From Antedon mediterranea (taxonomy: Eukaryota > Animalia > Echinodermata): a stretch of 64,000 nucleotides of DNA. The translations under genes were made by a program, and so were the position numbers. The stretch is taken from contig NC_092677.1 in NCBI RefSeq assembly GCF_964355755.1, positions 26,647,175 to 26,711,174 of the forward strand. The letters run 5' to 3'. This document shows positions 37,201-51,800 of this stretch, in pieces. The stretch's first letter is position 1; each line of letters starts with the position of its first letter. The notes beneath the pieces are model-generated. The model saw nothing but the letters and a program-made list of their open reading frames with translations, made no database searches and had not been told where the DNA came from.

Positions 37201-40200
37201 ACATTTGCACATGCTCAGATCGTTTTTTTTGTGTGTTTCTGCCTAAGTCAGCTGTGTGACTTAGGCAATTAAGAAGAGGAGACTCATGATTTTTTAAATA
37301 AAATAAGAAATGCATTTTTATAGTATATTTTTTAACCCATTTGTTACAAATTCTTTCTCTTTTATTGCTACTTTCCTTTTCTAAAATCATCAGTGTTAAT
37401 TTTAATCTGAAGAGCGAATGCTATCAAATTTTATTACTTAAAGGTAGCATTTTTTGTATATAGATGATATCGACAGCCTCATAACAAAAGTGTCTAAGTC
37501 ATAATTTTTGTTTTGTTTTTCTGCCTAACTCACTGCTTATATCAATATACTATTTTTTGTGTTTCTGCCTAAGTCAACTGTGTGACTTAGGCAATTAAGG
37601 AGAGCTGACTTATGATCTGCCTAACTCACTGCGTATATCATTATACTGCCCTCTGTACATTATCTGAGTGTTTTTATATACATTTTCACATGCTCAGATC
37701 GTTTTTTGTGTTTCTGCCTAAGTCAGCTTTGTGACTTAGGCAATTAAGGAGAGGAGACTCATGATTTTTTAAATAAAATAAGAAATACATTTTTATAGTC
37801 TATTTTTTAACCCATTTGTTACAAATTCTTTCTCTTTTATTGCTACTATCCTTTTCTAAATTCATCAGTGTTAATTTTAATCTGAAGAGCTGATGCTATT
37901 AAATTTTGTTACTTAAAGGTAGCATGTTTTGTATATAGATGATATCGACAGCCTCATAACAAAAGTGTCTAAGACATAATTTTTTTTTCTCCCTAACTCA
38001 CTGCTTATATCAATATACTATATTTTTTGTGTTTCTGCCTAAGTCAGATGTGTGACTTAGGCAATTAAGGAGAGCTGACTTACGATCTGCCTAACTCACT
38101 GCTTATATCATTATACTGCCCTCTGTACATTATATGAGTGCTTTTATATACATTTTCACATGCTCAGATCGTTTTTTGTGTTTCTGCCTAAGTCAGCTGT
38201 GTGACTTAGGCAATTAAGGAGAGGAGACTCATGATTTTTTAAATAAAATAAGAAATACATTTTTATAGTATATTTTTTAACCCATTTGTTACAAATTCTT
38301 TCTCTTTTATTGCTACTTTCCTTTTTTAAAATCATCAGTGTTAATTTTAATCTGAAGAGCTGATGCTATTAAATTTTGTTACTTAAAGGTAGCATTTTTT
38401 GTATATAGATGATATCGACAGCCTGATAACAAAAGTGTCTAAGTCATAATTTTTGTTTTGTTTTTCTGCCTAACTCACTGCTTATATCAATATACTATAT
38501 TTTTTGTGTTTCTGCCCAAGTCAGCTGTGTGACTTAGGCAATTAAGGAGAGCTGACTTATGATCTGCCTAACTCACTGCTTATATCAATATACTATATTT
38601 TTGTGTTTCTGCCCAAGTCAGCTGTGTTACTTAGGCAATTAAGGAGAGCTGACTTATGATCTGCCTACCTCATTGCTTATATCATTATACTGCCCTCTGT
38701 ACATTATCTGAGTGCTTTTATATACATTTGCACATGCTCAGATCGTTTTTTGTGTTTCTGCCTAAGTCAGCTGTGTGACTTAGGCAATTAAGGCGAGGAG
38801 ACTCATGATTTTTTAAATAAAATAAGAAATACATTTTTATAGTATATTTTTTAACCCATTTGTTACAAATTCTTTCTCTTTTATTGCTACTATCCTTTTC
38901 TAAATTCATCAGTGTTAATTTTAATCTGAAGGGCTGATGCTATTAAATTTTGTTACTTAAAGGTAGCATGTTTTGTATATAGATGATATCGACAGCCTCA
39001 TAACAAAAGTTTCTAAGACATAATTTTTTTTTCTCCCTAACTCACTGCTTATATCAATATACTATATTTTTTGTGTTTCTAAGTCAGCTGTGTGACTTAG
39101 GCAATTAAGGAGAGGAGACTCATGATTTTTTAATTAAAATAAGAAATACATTTTTATAGTATATTTTTTAACCCATTTGTTACAAATTCTTTCTCTTTTA
39201 TTGCTACTTTCCTTTTCTAAAATCATCAGTGTTAATTTTAATCTGAAGAGCTAATGCTATTAAATTTTGTTACTTAAAGGTAGCATGTTTTGTATATAGA
39301 TGATATCGACAGGCTCATAACAAAAGTGTCTAAGACATAATTTTTTTTTCTGCCTAACTCACTGCTTATATATCAATATACTATATTTTTTGTGTTTCTG
39401 CCTAAGTCAGATGTGTGACTTAGGCAATTAAGGAGAGCTGACTTATGATCTGCCTAACTCACTGCTTATATCATTATACTGCCCTCTGTACATTATCTGA
39501 GTGCTTTTATATACATTTGCACATGCTCAGATCGTTTTTTTTTGTGTGTTTCTGCCTAAGTCAGCTGTGTGACTTAGGCAATTAAGAAGAGGAGACTCAT
39601 GATTTTTTAAATAAAATAAGAAATACATTTTTATAGTATATTTTTTAACCCATTTGTTACAAATTCTTTCTCTTTTATTGCTACTTTCCTTTTCTAAAAT
39701 CATCAGTGTTAATTTTAATCTGAAGAGCGAATGCTATCAAATATTGTTACTTAAAGGTAGCATTTTTTGTATATAGATGATATCGACATCCTCATAACAA
39801 AAGTGTCTAATTCATAATTTTTGTTTTGTTTTTCTGCCTAACTCACTGCTTATATCAATATACTATTTTTTGTGTTTCTGCCTAAGTCAGCTGTGTGACT
39901 TAGGCAATTAAGGAGAGCTGTCTTATGATCTGCCTAACTCACTGCTTATATCATTATACTGCCCTCTGTACATTATCTGAGTATTTTTATATACATTTTC
40001 ACATGCTCAGATCGTTTTTTGTGTTTCTGCCTAAGTCAGCTGTGTGACTTAGGCAATTAAGGAGAGGAGACTCATGATTTTTTTAAATAAAATAAGAAAT
40101 ACATTTTTATAGTATATTTTTTAACCCATTTGTTACAAATTCTTTCTCTTTTATTGCTACTATCCTTTTCTAAATTCATCAGTGTTAATTTTAATCTGAA

Positions 40201-43200
40201 GAGCTGATGCTATTAAATTTTGTTACTTAAAGATAGCATGTTTTGTATATAGATGATATCGACAGCCTCATAACAAAAGTGTCTAAGACATAATTTTTTT
40301 TTCTCCCTAACTCACTGCTTATATCAATATACTATCTTTTTTGTGTTTCTGCATAAGTCAGCTGTGTGACTTAGGCAATTAAGGAGAGCTGACTTATGAT
40401 CTGCCTAACTCACTGCTTATATCATTATACTGCCCTCTGTACATTATCTGAATGCTTTTATATACATTTTCACATGCTCAGATCGTTTTTTGTGATTCTG
40501 CCTAAGTCAGCTGTGTGACTTAGGCAATTAAGGAGAGCTGACTTATGATCTGCCTAACTTACTGCTTATATCATTATACTGCCCTCTGTTCATTATCTGA
40601 GTGTTTTTATATACATTTTCACACGCTCAGATCGTTTTTTGTGTTTCTGCCTAAGTCAGCTGTGTGACTTAGGCAATTAAGGAGAGGAGACTCATGATTT
40701 TTTAAATAAAATAAGAAATAGATTTTTATAGTATATTTTTTAACCCATTTGTTACAAATTCTTTCTCTTTTATTGCTACTTTCCTTTTCTAAAATCATCA
40801 GTGTTAATTTTAATCTGAACATCTAATGCTATTAAATTTTGTTACTTAAAGGTAGCATTTTTTGTATATAGATGATATTGACAGCCTCATAACAAAAGTG
40901 TCTAAGTCATAATTTTTGTTTTGTTTTTCTGCCTAACTCACTGCTTATATCAATATACTATATTTTTTGTGTTTCTGCCCAAGTCAGCTGTGTGACTTAG
41001 GCAATTAATGAGAGCTGACTTATGATCTGCCTAACTCACTGCTTATATCAATATACTATATTTTTTGTGTTTCTGCCCAATTCAGCTGTGTTACTTAGGC
41101 AATTAAGGAGAGCTGACTTATGATCTGCCTAACTCACTGCTTATATCTTTATACTGCCGTCTGTATATTATCTGAGTGCTTTTATATACATTTGCACATG
41201 CTCAGATCGTGTTTTTGTGTTTCTGCCTAAGTCAGCTGTGTGACTTAGGCAATTAAGCAGAGGAGACTCATGATTTTTTTAAATAAAATAAGAAATACAT
41301 TTTTATAGTATATTTTTTAACCCATTTGTTACAAATTCTTTCTCTTTTATTGCTACTTTCCTTTTCTAAAATCATCAGTGTTAATTTTAATCTGAAGAGC
41401 TGATGCTATTAAATTTTGTTACTTAAAGGTAGCATTTTTTGTATATAGATGATATCGACAGCCTCATAACAAAAGTATCTAAGTAATAATTGTTTTTTTC
41501 TGGCTAACTCACTGCTTATATCAATATACTATATTTTTTTTGTTTCTGCCTAAGTCAGCTGTGTGACTTAGGCAATTAAGGAGAGCTGACTTTTGATCTG
41601 CCTAACTCACTGCTTATATCAATATACTATATTTTTTTGTGTTTCTGCCTAAGTCAGCTGTGTGACTTAGGCAATTAAGGAGAGCTGACTTATGATCTGC
41701 CTAACTCACTGCTTATATCAATATACTATATTTTGTGTGTTTCTGCCTAAGTCAGCTGTGTGACTTAGGCAATTAAGGAGAGCTGACTTATGATCTGCCA
41801 AACTCACTGCTTATATCAATATACTATATTTTTTTAGATTCTGCCTAAGTCAGCTGTGTGACTTAGGCAATTAAGGAGAGGAGACTCATAATTTTTAAAA
41901 TAAAATAAGAAATACATTTTTATAGTATATTTTTTAACCCATTTGTTACAAATTCTTTCTCTTTTATTGCTACTTTCCTTTTCTAAAATCATCAGTGTTA
42001 ATTTTAATCTGAAGAGCTGATGCTATTAAATTTTGTTACTTAAAGGTAGCATTTTTTGTATATAGATGATATCGACAGCCTCATAACAAAAGTGTCTAAG
42101 TTATAAATTTTTTTTCTGCTAACTCACTGCTTATATCAATATACTATATTTTTTGTGTTTCTGCCTAAGTCAGCTGTGTGACTTAGGCAATTAAGGAGAG
42201 CTGACTTATGATCTGCCTAACTCACTGCTTATATCAATATACTATATTTTTTGGTGTTTCTGCCTAAGTCAGCTGTGTGACTTAGGAAATTAAGGAGAGC
42301 TGACTTATGATCTGCCTAACTCACTGCTTATATCAATATACTATATGTTTTGTGTTTCCGCCTAAGTCAGCTGTGTGACTTAGGCAATTAAGGAGAGCTG
42401 ACCTATGATCTGCTTAACTCACTGCTTATATCAATATACAATTTTTTTTGTGTTTCTGCCTAAGTCAGCTGTGTGACTTAGGCAATTAAGGAGAGCCGAC
42501 TTATGATCTGCCTAACTCACTGCTTATATCAATATACTATATTTTGTGTGTTTCTGTGTGACTTAGGCAATTAAGGAGAGCTGACTTATGATCTGCCAAA
42601 CTCACTGCTTATATCAATATACTATATTTTGTTGTGTTTCTGCCTAAGTCAGCTGTGTGACTTAGGCAATTAAAGAGAGCTGACTTATGATCTGCCTAAC
42701 TCACTGCTTATATCAATATACTATATTTTTTGTGTTTCTGCCTAAGTCAGCTGTGTGACTTAGGCAATTAAGGAGAGCTGACTTATGATCTGCCTAACTC
42801 ACTGCTTATATCAATATACTATATTTTTTTAGATTCTGCCTAAGTCAGCTGTGTGACTTAGGCAATTAAGGAGAGGAGACTCATAATTTTTTTAATAAAA
42901 TAAGAAATACATTTTTATAGTATATTTTTTAACCCATTTGTTACAAATTCTTTCTCTTTTATTGCTACTTTCCTTTTCTAAAATCATCAGTGTTAATTTT
43001 AATCTGAAGAGCTGATGCTATTAAATTTTGTTACTTAAAGGTAGCATTTTTTTGTATATAGATGATATCGACAGCCTCATAACAAAAGTGTCTAAGTCAT
43101 AATTGTTTTTTTCTGGCTAACTCACTGCTTATATCAATATACTATATTTTTTGTGTTTCTGCCTAAGTCAGCTGTGTGACTTAGGCAATTAAGGAGAGCT

Positions 43201-46200
43201 GACTTATGATCTGCCTAACTCACTGCTTATATCAATATACTATATTTTTTTAGATTCTGCCTAAGTCAGCTGTGTGACTTAGGCAATTAAGGAGAGGAGA
43301 CTCATAATTTTTTTAATAAAATAAGAAATACATTTTTATAGTATATTTTTTAACCCATTTGTTACAAATTCTTTCTCTTTTATTGCTACTTTCCTTTTCT
43401 AAAATCATCAGTGTTAATTTTAATCTGAAGAGCTGATGCTATTAAATTTTGTTACTTAAAGGTAGCATTTTTTGTATATAGATTATATCGACAGCCTCAT
43501 AACAAAAGTCTCTAAGTCATAATTTTTGTTTTGTTTTTCTGCCTAACTCACTGCTTATATCAATATACTATATTTTTTGTGTTTCTGCCCAAGTCAGCTG
43601 TGTGACTTAGGCAATAAAGGAGAGCTGACTTATGATCTGCCTAACTCACTGCTTATATCAATATACTATATTTTTTGTGTTTCTGCCCAAGTCAGCTGTG
43701 TTACTTAGGCAATTAAGGAGAGCTGACTTATGATCTGCCTACCTCACTGCTTATATCATTATACTGCCCTCTGTACATTATCTGAGTGCTTTTATATACA
43801 TTTGCACATGCTCAGATCGTTTTTTGTGTTTCTGCCTAAGTCAGCTGTGTGACTTAGGCAATTAAGGCAAGGAGACTCATGATTTTTTAAATAAAATAAG
43901 AAATACATTTTTATAGTATATTTTTTAACCCATTTGTTACAAATTCTTTCTCTTTTATTGCTACTATCCTTTTCTAAATTCATCAGTGTTAATTTTAATC
44001 TGAAGAGCTGATGCTATTAAATTTTGTTACTTAAAGGTAGCATGTTTTGTATATAGATGATATCGACAGCCTCATAACAAAAGTGTCTAAGACATAATTT
44101 TTTTTTCTCCCTAACTCACTGCTTATATCAATATACTATATTTTTTGTGTTTCTGCCTAAGTCAGCTGTGTGACTTAGGCAATTAAGGAGAGGAGACTCA
44201 TGATTTGTTAATTAAAATAAGAAATACATTTTTATAGTATATTTTTTAACCCATTTGTTACAAATTCTTTCTCTTTTATTGCTACTTTCCTTTTCTAAAA
44301 TCATCAGTGTTAATTTTGATCTGAAGAGCTAATGCTATTAAATTTTGTTACTTAAAGGTAGCATGTTTTGTATATAGATGATATCGACAGGCTCATAACA
44401 AAAGTGTCTAAGACATAATTTTTTTTTCTGCCTAACTCACTGCTTATATATCAATATACTATATTTTTTGTGTTTCTACCTAAGTCAGATGTGTGACTTA
44501 GGCAATTAAGGAGAGCTGACTTATGATCTGCCTAACTCACTGCTTATATCATTATACTGCCCTCTGTACATTATCTGAGTGCTTTTATATACATTTGCAC
44601 ATGCTCAGATCGTTTTTTTTTTTTGTGTTTCTGCCTAAGTCAGCTGTGTGACTTAGGCAATTAAGAAGAGGAGACTCATGATTTTTTAAATAAAAAAAGA
44701 AATACATTTTTATAGTATATTTTTTAACCCATTTGTTACAAATTCTTTCTCTTTTATTGCTACTTTCTTTTTCTAAAATCATCAGTGTTAATTTTAATCT
44801 GAAGAGCGAATGCTATCAAATTTTGTTACTTAAAGGTAGCATTTTTTGTATATAGATGATATCGACAGCCTCATAACAAAAGTGTCTAAGTCATAATTTT
44901 TGTTTTGTTTTTCTGCCTAACTCACTGCTTATATCAATATACTAATTTTTGTATTTCTGCCTAAGTCAGCTGTGTGACTTAGGCAATTAAGGAGAGCTGA
45001 CTTATGATCTGCCTAACTCACTGCTTATATCATTATACTGCCCTCTGTACATTATCTGAGTCTTTTTATATACATTTTCACATGCTCAGATCGTTTTTTG
45101 TGTTTCTGCCTAAGTCAGCTGTGTGACTTAGGCAATTAAGGAGAGGAGACTCATGATTTTTTAAATAAAATAAGAAATACATTTTTATAGTATATTTTTT
45201 AACCCATTTGTTACAAATTCTTTCTCTTTTATTGCTACTATCCTTTTCTAAATTCATCAGTGTTAATTTTAATCTGAAGAGCTTATGCTATTAAATGTTG
45301 TTACTTAAAGGTTTTATTTTTTGTATATAGATGATATCGACAGCCTCATAACAAAAGTGTCTAAGACATAATTTTTTTTTTCTGCCTAACTCACTGCTTA
45401 TATCAATATACTATCTTTTTTGTGTTTCTGCATATAAGTCAGCTGTGTGACTTAGGCAATTAAGGAGAGCTGACTTATGATCTGCCTAACTCACTGCTTA
45501 TATCATTATACTGCCCTCTGTACATTATCTGAGTGCTTTTATATACATTTGCACATGCTCAGATCGTTTTTTTTTTGTGTTTCTGCCTAAGTCAGCTGTG
45601 TGACTTAGGCAATTAAGAAGAGGAGACTCATGATTTTTTAAATAAAATAAGAAATACATTTTTATAGTATATTTTTTAACCCATTTGTTACAAATTCTTT
45701 CTCTTTTATTGCTACTTTCTTTTTCTAAAATCATCAGTGTTAATTTTAATCTGAAGAGCTAATGCTATCAAATTTTGTTACTTAAAGGTAGCATTTTTTG
45801 TATATAGATGATATCGACAGCCTCATAACAAAATTGTCTAAGTCATAATTTTTGTTTTGTTTTTCTGCCTAACTCACTGCTTATATCAATATACTATTTT
45901 TTGTGTTTCTGCCTAAGTCAGCTGTGTGACTTAGGCAATTAAGGAGAGCTGACTTATGATCTGCCTAACTCACTGCTTATATCATTATACTGCCCTCTGT
46001 ACATTATCTGAGTGTTTTTATATACATTTTCACATGCTCAGATCGTTTTTTGTGTTTCTGCCTAAGTCAGCTGTGTGACTTAGGCAATTAAGGAGAGGAG
46101 ACTCATGATTTTTTAAATAAAATAAGAAATACATTTTTATAGTATATTTTTTAACCCATTTGTTACAAATTCTTTCTCTTTTATTGCTACTATCCTTTTC

Positions 46201-47441
46201 TAAATTCATCAGTGTTAATTTTAATCTGAAGAGCTGATGCTATTAAATTTTGCTACTTAAAGGTAGCATTTTTTGTATATAGATGATATCGACAGCCTCA
46301 TAACAAAAGTGTCTAAGACATAATTTTTTTTTCTCCCTAACTCACTGCTTATATCAATATACTATATTTTTTGTGTTTCTGCCTAAGTCAGATGTGTGAC
46401 TTAGGCAATTAAGGAGAGCTGACTTATGATCTGCCTAACTCACTGCTTATATCATTATACTGCCCTCTGTACATTATCTGAGTGCTTTTATATACATTTT
46501 CACATGCTCAGATCGTTTTTTGTGTTTCTGCCTAAGTCAGCTGTGTGACTTAGGCAATTAAGGAGAGGAGACTCATGATTTTTTAAATAAAATAAGAAAT
46601 ACATTTTTATATTATATTTTTTAACCCATTTGTTACAAATTCTTTCTCTTTTATTGCTACTATCCTTTTCTAAATTCATCAGTGTTAATTTTAATCTGAA
46701 GAGCTGATGCTATTAAATGTTGTTACTTAAAGGTTTTATTTTTTGTATATAGATGATATCGACAGCCTCATAACAAAAGTGTCTAAGACATAATTTTTTT
46801 TTTCTGCCTAACTCACTGCTTATATCAATATACTATATTTTTTGTGTTTCTGCATAAGTCAGCTGTGTGACTTAGGCAATTAAGGAGAGCTGACTTATGA
46901 TCTGCCTAATTCACTGCTTATATCATTATACTGCCCTCTGTACATTATCTGAGTGCTTTTATATACATTTGCACATGCTCAGATCGTTTTTTTTTTTTGT
47001 GTGTTTCTGCCTAAGTCAGCTGTGTGACTTAGGCAATTAAGAAGAGGAGACTCATGATTTTTTAAATAAAATAAGAAATACATTTTTATAGCATATTTTT
47101 TAACCCATTTGTTACAAATTCTTTCTCTTTTATTGCTACTTTCCTTTTCTAAAATCATCAGTGTTAATTTTAATCTGAAGAGCTGATGCTATTAAATTTT
47201 GTTACTTAAAGGTAGCATTTTTTGTATATAGATGATATCGACAGGCTCATAACAAAAGTGTCTAAGTCATAATTTTTGTTTTGTTTTTCTGCCTAACTCA
47301 CTGCTTATATCAATATACTATTTTTTGTGTTTCTGCCTAAGTCAGCTGTATGACTTAGGCAATTAAGGAGAGCTGACTTATGATCTGCCTAACTTACTGC
47401 TTATATCATTATACTGCCCTCTGTACATTATCTGAGTGTTT

Positions 47442-48886
47442 TTAGTCGCGTGGAAGCGACTCTATAGTTCACTATGTCGGTCGGTCGGTCTGTTTGTCGG
47501 TCTGTCTGTCGGTCTGTCTGTCTGTTGGTCCGGTATCACTATGCGTTTTATCGCTTTCTGACCTTATCTTGATATCAGTTTAATCTAGCTAGGTCAAATT
47601 TTCACAGTATATTCCTTATGGCCAGGAATCAATGTGGTTATGTTTTCACGGTGCGCAATAAAAAATTACGCGGTCTACGCACGATTTAACGAAATCACGT
47701 TTGTAATCATATCTTCATAACCATGAATCACAATTAAATAAAATTTGGTACTCATAAATTTCAGGGCATAAATCATCATATGGCAATACAATTACGTGCG
47801 TAGCGCATGTAACACATGCGTACACGCGCTTAAAATTTTCAAAATTTATTTTCGATGAAATAAGAGTACATTTCAGGCAATTTTAAGCGTTTACAAAATT
47901 GCCATGAGTGCGCATATTTTTGCGCGCGCACTGCGTGTTAAATGTTATTACGCACTCTTTTTGCTCGATTTCTGTTTTCTTGACTTACTTTTCAACTCGA
48001 AATTACGTTATACGAGCACGTCGAAAGTGACAGGCTACGCACGTGTAAATTAAAAAAATATAAATGTTTTTAAAGACCCCTTCCCTGCAATTTTGGACGT
48101 TTTTTGGAAAATAATACATATATATCACTTTAAAAACATTAAACCATGTCATTCCTTGTCTTAAATGTACGTTTTATGGTAAATTATGATAACAAGTGAG
48201 AAACAATGCACTACCTAAGTAGCTCGCGGCGATCGACCTCTCGTGGACGGTCTCAGGCCTAGCCTAGCTAGGCTTAGTTTTGTAGGCCTAGCTGGTAAAC
48301 ATCGGTAACGTACGAACATCGTACGCTAGCTATATACCTAGCCTGACGTTGTATAGTTGCTGCATTAATTGTCTTTCTATTTTTGCCAGACTCCGTTGAT
48401 ACAAATTGGGGAAAACCCGGTATTTTCGCTGAAAAGTTAGGAGTCTTCCATTTGTTTTGGCTTCACGATCGATCGAAAAGTGGGCGAATTACAGGTGAAA
48501 AACAACAATATCAATCCGCGCGCAATGCATTTTGGGATTTATAGCGGGCCGCTATAATTATTAAAATCGATTTATTTTTCACATTTTTAACCGTTTAAAG
48601 ACGAAAAAAGTTATCGCAATAGGACCATATAGTATTATTTTTACATTAAATGTAGTTTGTGATCTTAAATTAGATCTAAAAAACGTAGGGAATGGGGCTT
48701 TAAACATTTCAACATTTTTAAACATGTTCAGTAATTTCGGTCAGTATAGTTCACTATGTCGGTCGGTCTGTCTGTCTGTCGGTCTGTCGGTCTGTCTGTC
48801 GGTCTGTCTGTCGGTCTATCGGTCTGTATGTCGGTCCGGTATCACTATGCATTGTAGCACGCGACTTAATGGCTGTTGGCCTTGTT
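47442..48886 (+). mobile_element. Helentron-associated non-autonomous element (HINE/DINE-1-like) inserted in the satellite
   Basis: Inserted in a T run with no TSD. Subterminal inverted repeat AGTCGCGTG / CACGCGACT, short 5' IR (AGTCGC..GCGACT), two (GTCK)n microsatellite blocks in duplicated TATAGTTCACTATGTCGG..GTCCGGTATCACTATGC cores, 3' hairpin GGCTGTTGGCC. The satellite resumes in register. Confidence 0.85.
48074..48699 (-). mobile_element. 626-bp Kolobok-type MITE nested in the HINE
   Basis: TTAA TSD; reverse complement of 21769-22394 with only scattered substitutions. Confidence 0.9.
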
Positions 48887-51800
48887 ATATACATTTTCAC
48901 ATGCTCAGATCGTTTTTTGTGTTTCTGCCTAAGTCAGCTGTGTGACTTAGGCAATTAAGGAGAGGAGACTCATGATTTTTTAAATAAAATAAGAAATACA
49001 TTTTTATATTATATTTTTTAACCCATTTGTTACAAATTCTTTCTCTTTTATTGCTACTATCCTTTTCTAAATTCATCAGTGTTAATTTTAATCTGAAGAG
49101 CTTATGCTATTAAATGTTGTTACTTAAAGGTTTTATTTTTTGTATATAGATGATATCGACAGCCTCATAACAAAAGTGTCTAAGACATAATTTTTTTTCT
49201 GCCTAACTCACTGCTTATATCAATATACTATCTTTTTTGTGTTTCTGCATAAGTCAGCTGTGTGACTTAGGCAATTAAGGAGAGCTGACTTATGATCTGC
49301 CTAACTCACTGCTTATATCATTATACTGCCCTCTGTACATTATCTGAGTGCTTTTATATACATTTGCACATGCTCAGATCGTTTTTTTTTTTGTGTTTCT
49401 GCCTAAGTCAGCTGTGTGACTTAGGCAATCAAGAAGAGGAGACTCATGATTTTTTAAATAAAATAAGAAATACATTTTTATAGTATATTTTTTAACCCAT
49501 TTGTTACAAATTCTTTCTCTTTTATTGCTACTTTCCTTTTCTAAAATCATCAGTGTTAATTTTAATCTAAAGAGCTAATGCTATCAAATTTTGTTACTTA
49601 AAGGTAGCATTTTTTGTATATAGATGATATCGACAGCCTCATAACAAAAGTGTCTAAGTCATAATTTTTGTTTTGTTTTTCTGCCTAACTCACTGCTTAT
49701 ATCAATATACTATTTTTTGTGTTTCTGCCTAAGTCAGCTGTGTGACTTAGGCAATTAAGGAGAGCTGACTTATGATCTGCCTAACTCACTGCTTATATCA
49801 TTATACTGCCCTCTGTACATTATCTGAGTGTTTTTATATACATTTTCACATGCTCAGATCGTTTTTTGTGTTTCTGCCTAAGTCAGCTGTGTGACTTAGG
49901 CAATTAAGGAGAGGAGACTCATGATTTTTTAAATAAAATAAGAAATACATTTTTATAGTATATTTTTTAACCCATTTGTTACAAATTCTTTCTCTTTTAT
50001 TGCTACTATCCTTTTCTAAATTCATCAGTGTTAATTTTAATCTGAAGAGCTGATGCTATTAAATTTTGCTACTTAAAGGTAGCATGTTTTGTATATAGAT
50101 GATATCGACAGCCTCATAACAAAAGTGTCTAAGACATAATTTTTTTTTCTCCCTAACTCACTGCTTATATCAATATACTATATTTTTTGTGTTTCTGCCT
50201 AAGTCAGATGTGTGACTTAGGCAATTAAGGAGAGCTGACTTATGATCTGCCTAACTCACTGCTTATATCATTATACTGCCCTCTGTACATTATCTGAGTG
50301 CTTTTATATACATTTTCACATGCTCAGATCGTTTTTTGTGTTTCTGCCTAAGTCAGCTGTGTGACTTAGGCAATTAAGGAGAGGAGACTCATGATTTTTT
50401 AAATAAAATAAGAAATACATTTTTATAGTATATTTTTTAACCCATTTGTTACAAATTCTTTTTCTTTTATTGCTACTATCCTTTTCTAAATTCATCAGTG
50501 TTAATTTTAATCTGAAGAGCTGATGCTATTAAATTTTGCTACTTAAAGGTAGCATGTTTTGTATATAGATGATATCGACAGCCTCATAACAAAAGTGTCT
50601 AAGACATAATTTTTTTTTCTCCCTAACTCACTGCTTATATCAATATACTATATTTTTTGTGTTTCTGCCTAAGTCAGATGTGTGACTTAGGCAATTAAGG
50701 AGAGCTGACTTATGATCTGCCTAACTCACTGCTTATATCATTATACTGCCCTCTGTACATTATCTGAGTGCTTTTATATACATTTTCACATGCTCAGATC
50801 GTTTTTTGTGTTTCTGCCTAAGTCAGCTGTGTGACTTAGGCAATTAAGGAGAGGAGACTCATGATTTTTTAAATAAAATAAGAAATACATTTTTATATTA
50901 TATTTTTTAACCCATTTGTTACAAATTCTTTCCCTTTTATTGCTACTATCCTTTTCTAAATTCATCAGTGTTAATTTTAATCTGAAGAGCTGATGCTATT
51001 AAATGTTGTTACTTAAAGGTTTTATTTTTTGTATATAGATGATATCGACAGCCTCATAACAAAAGTGTCTAAGACATAATTTTTTTTTCTGCCTAACTCA
51101 CTGCTTATATCAATATACTATATTTTTTGTGTTTCTGCATAAGTCAGCTGTGTGACTTAGGCAATTAAGGAGAGCTGACTTATGATCTGCCTAATTCACT
51201 GCTTATATCATTATACTGCCCTCTGTACATTATCTGAGTGCTTTTATATACATTTTCACATGCTCAGATCGTTTTTTTTTTGTGTGTTTCTGCCTAAGTC
51301 AGCTGTGTGACTTAGGCAATTAAGAAGAGGAGACTCATGATTTTTTAAATAAAATAAGAAATACATTTTTATAGCATATTTTTTAACCCATTTGTTACAA
51401 ATTCTTTCTCTTTTATTGCTACTTTCCTTTTCTAAAATCATCAGTGTTAATTTTAATCTGAAGAGCGAATGCTATCAAATTTTGTTACTTAAAAGTAGCA
51501 TTTTTTGTATATTTATGATATCGACAGGCTCATAACAAAAGTGTCTAAGTCATAATTTTTGTTTTGTTTTTCTGCCTAACTCACTGCTTTTATCAATATA
51601 CTATTTTTTGTGTTTCTGCCTAAGTCAGCTGTGTGACTTAGGCAATTAAGGAGAGCTGACTTATGATCTGCCTAACTCACTGCTTATATCATTATACTGC
51701 CCTCTGTACATTATCTGAGTGTTTTTATATACATTTTCACATGCTCAGATCGTTTTTTGTTTTTCTGCCTAAGTCAGCTGTGTGACTTAGGCAATTAAGG

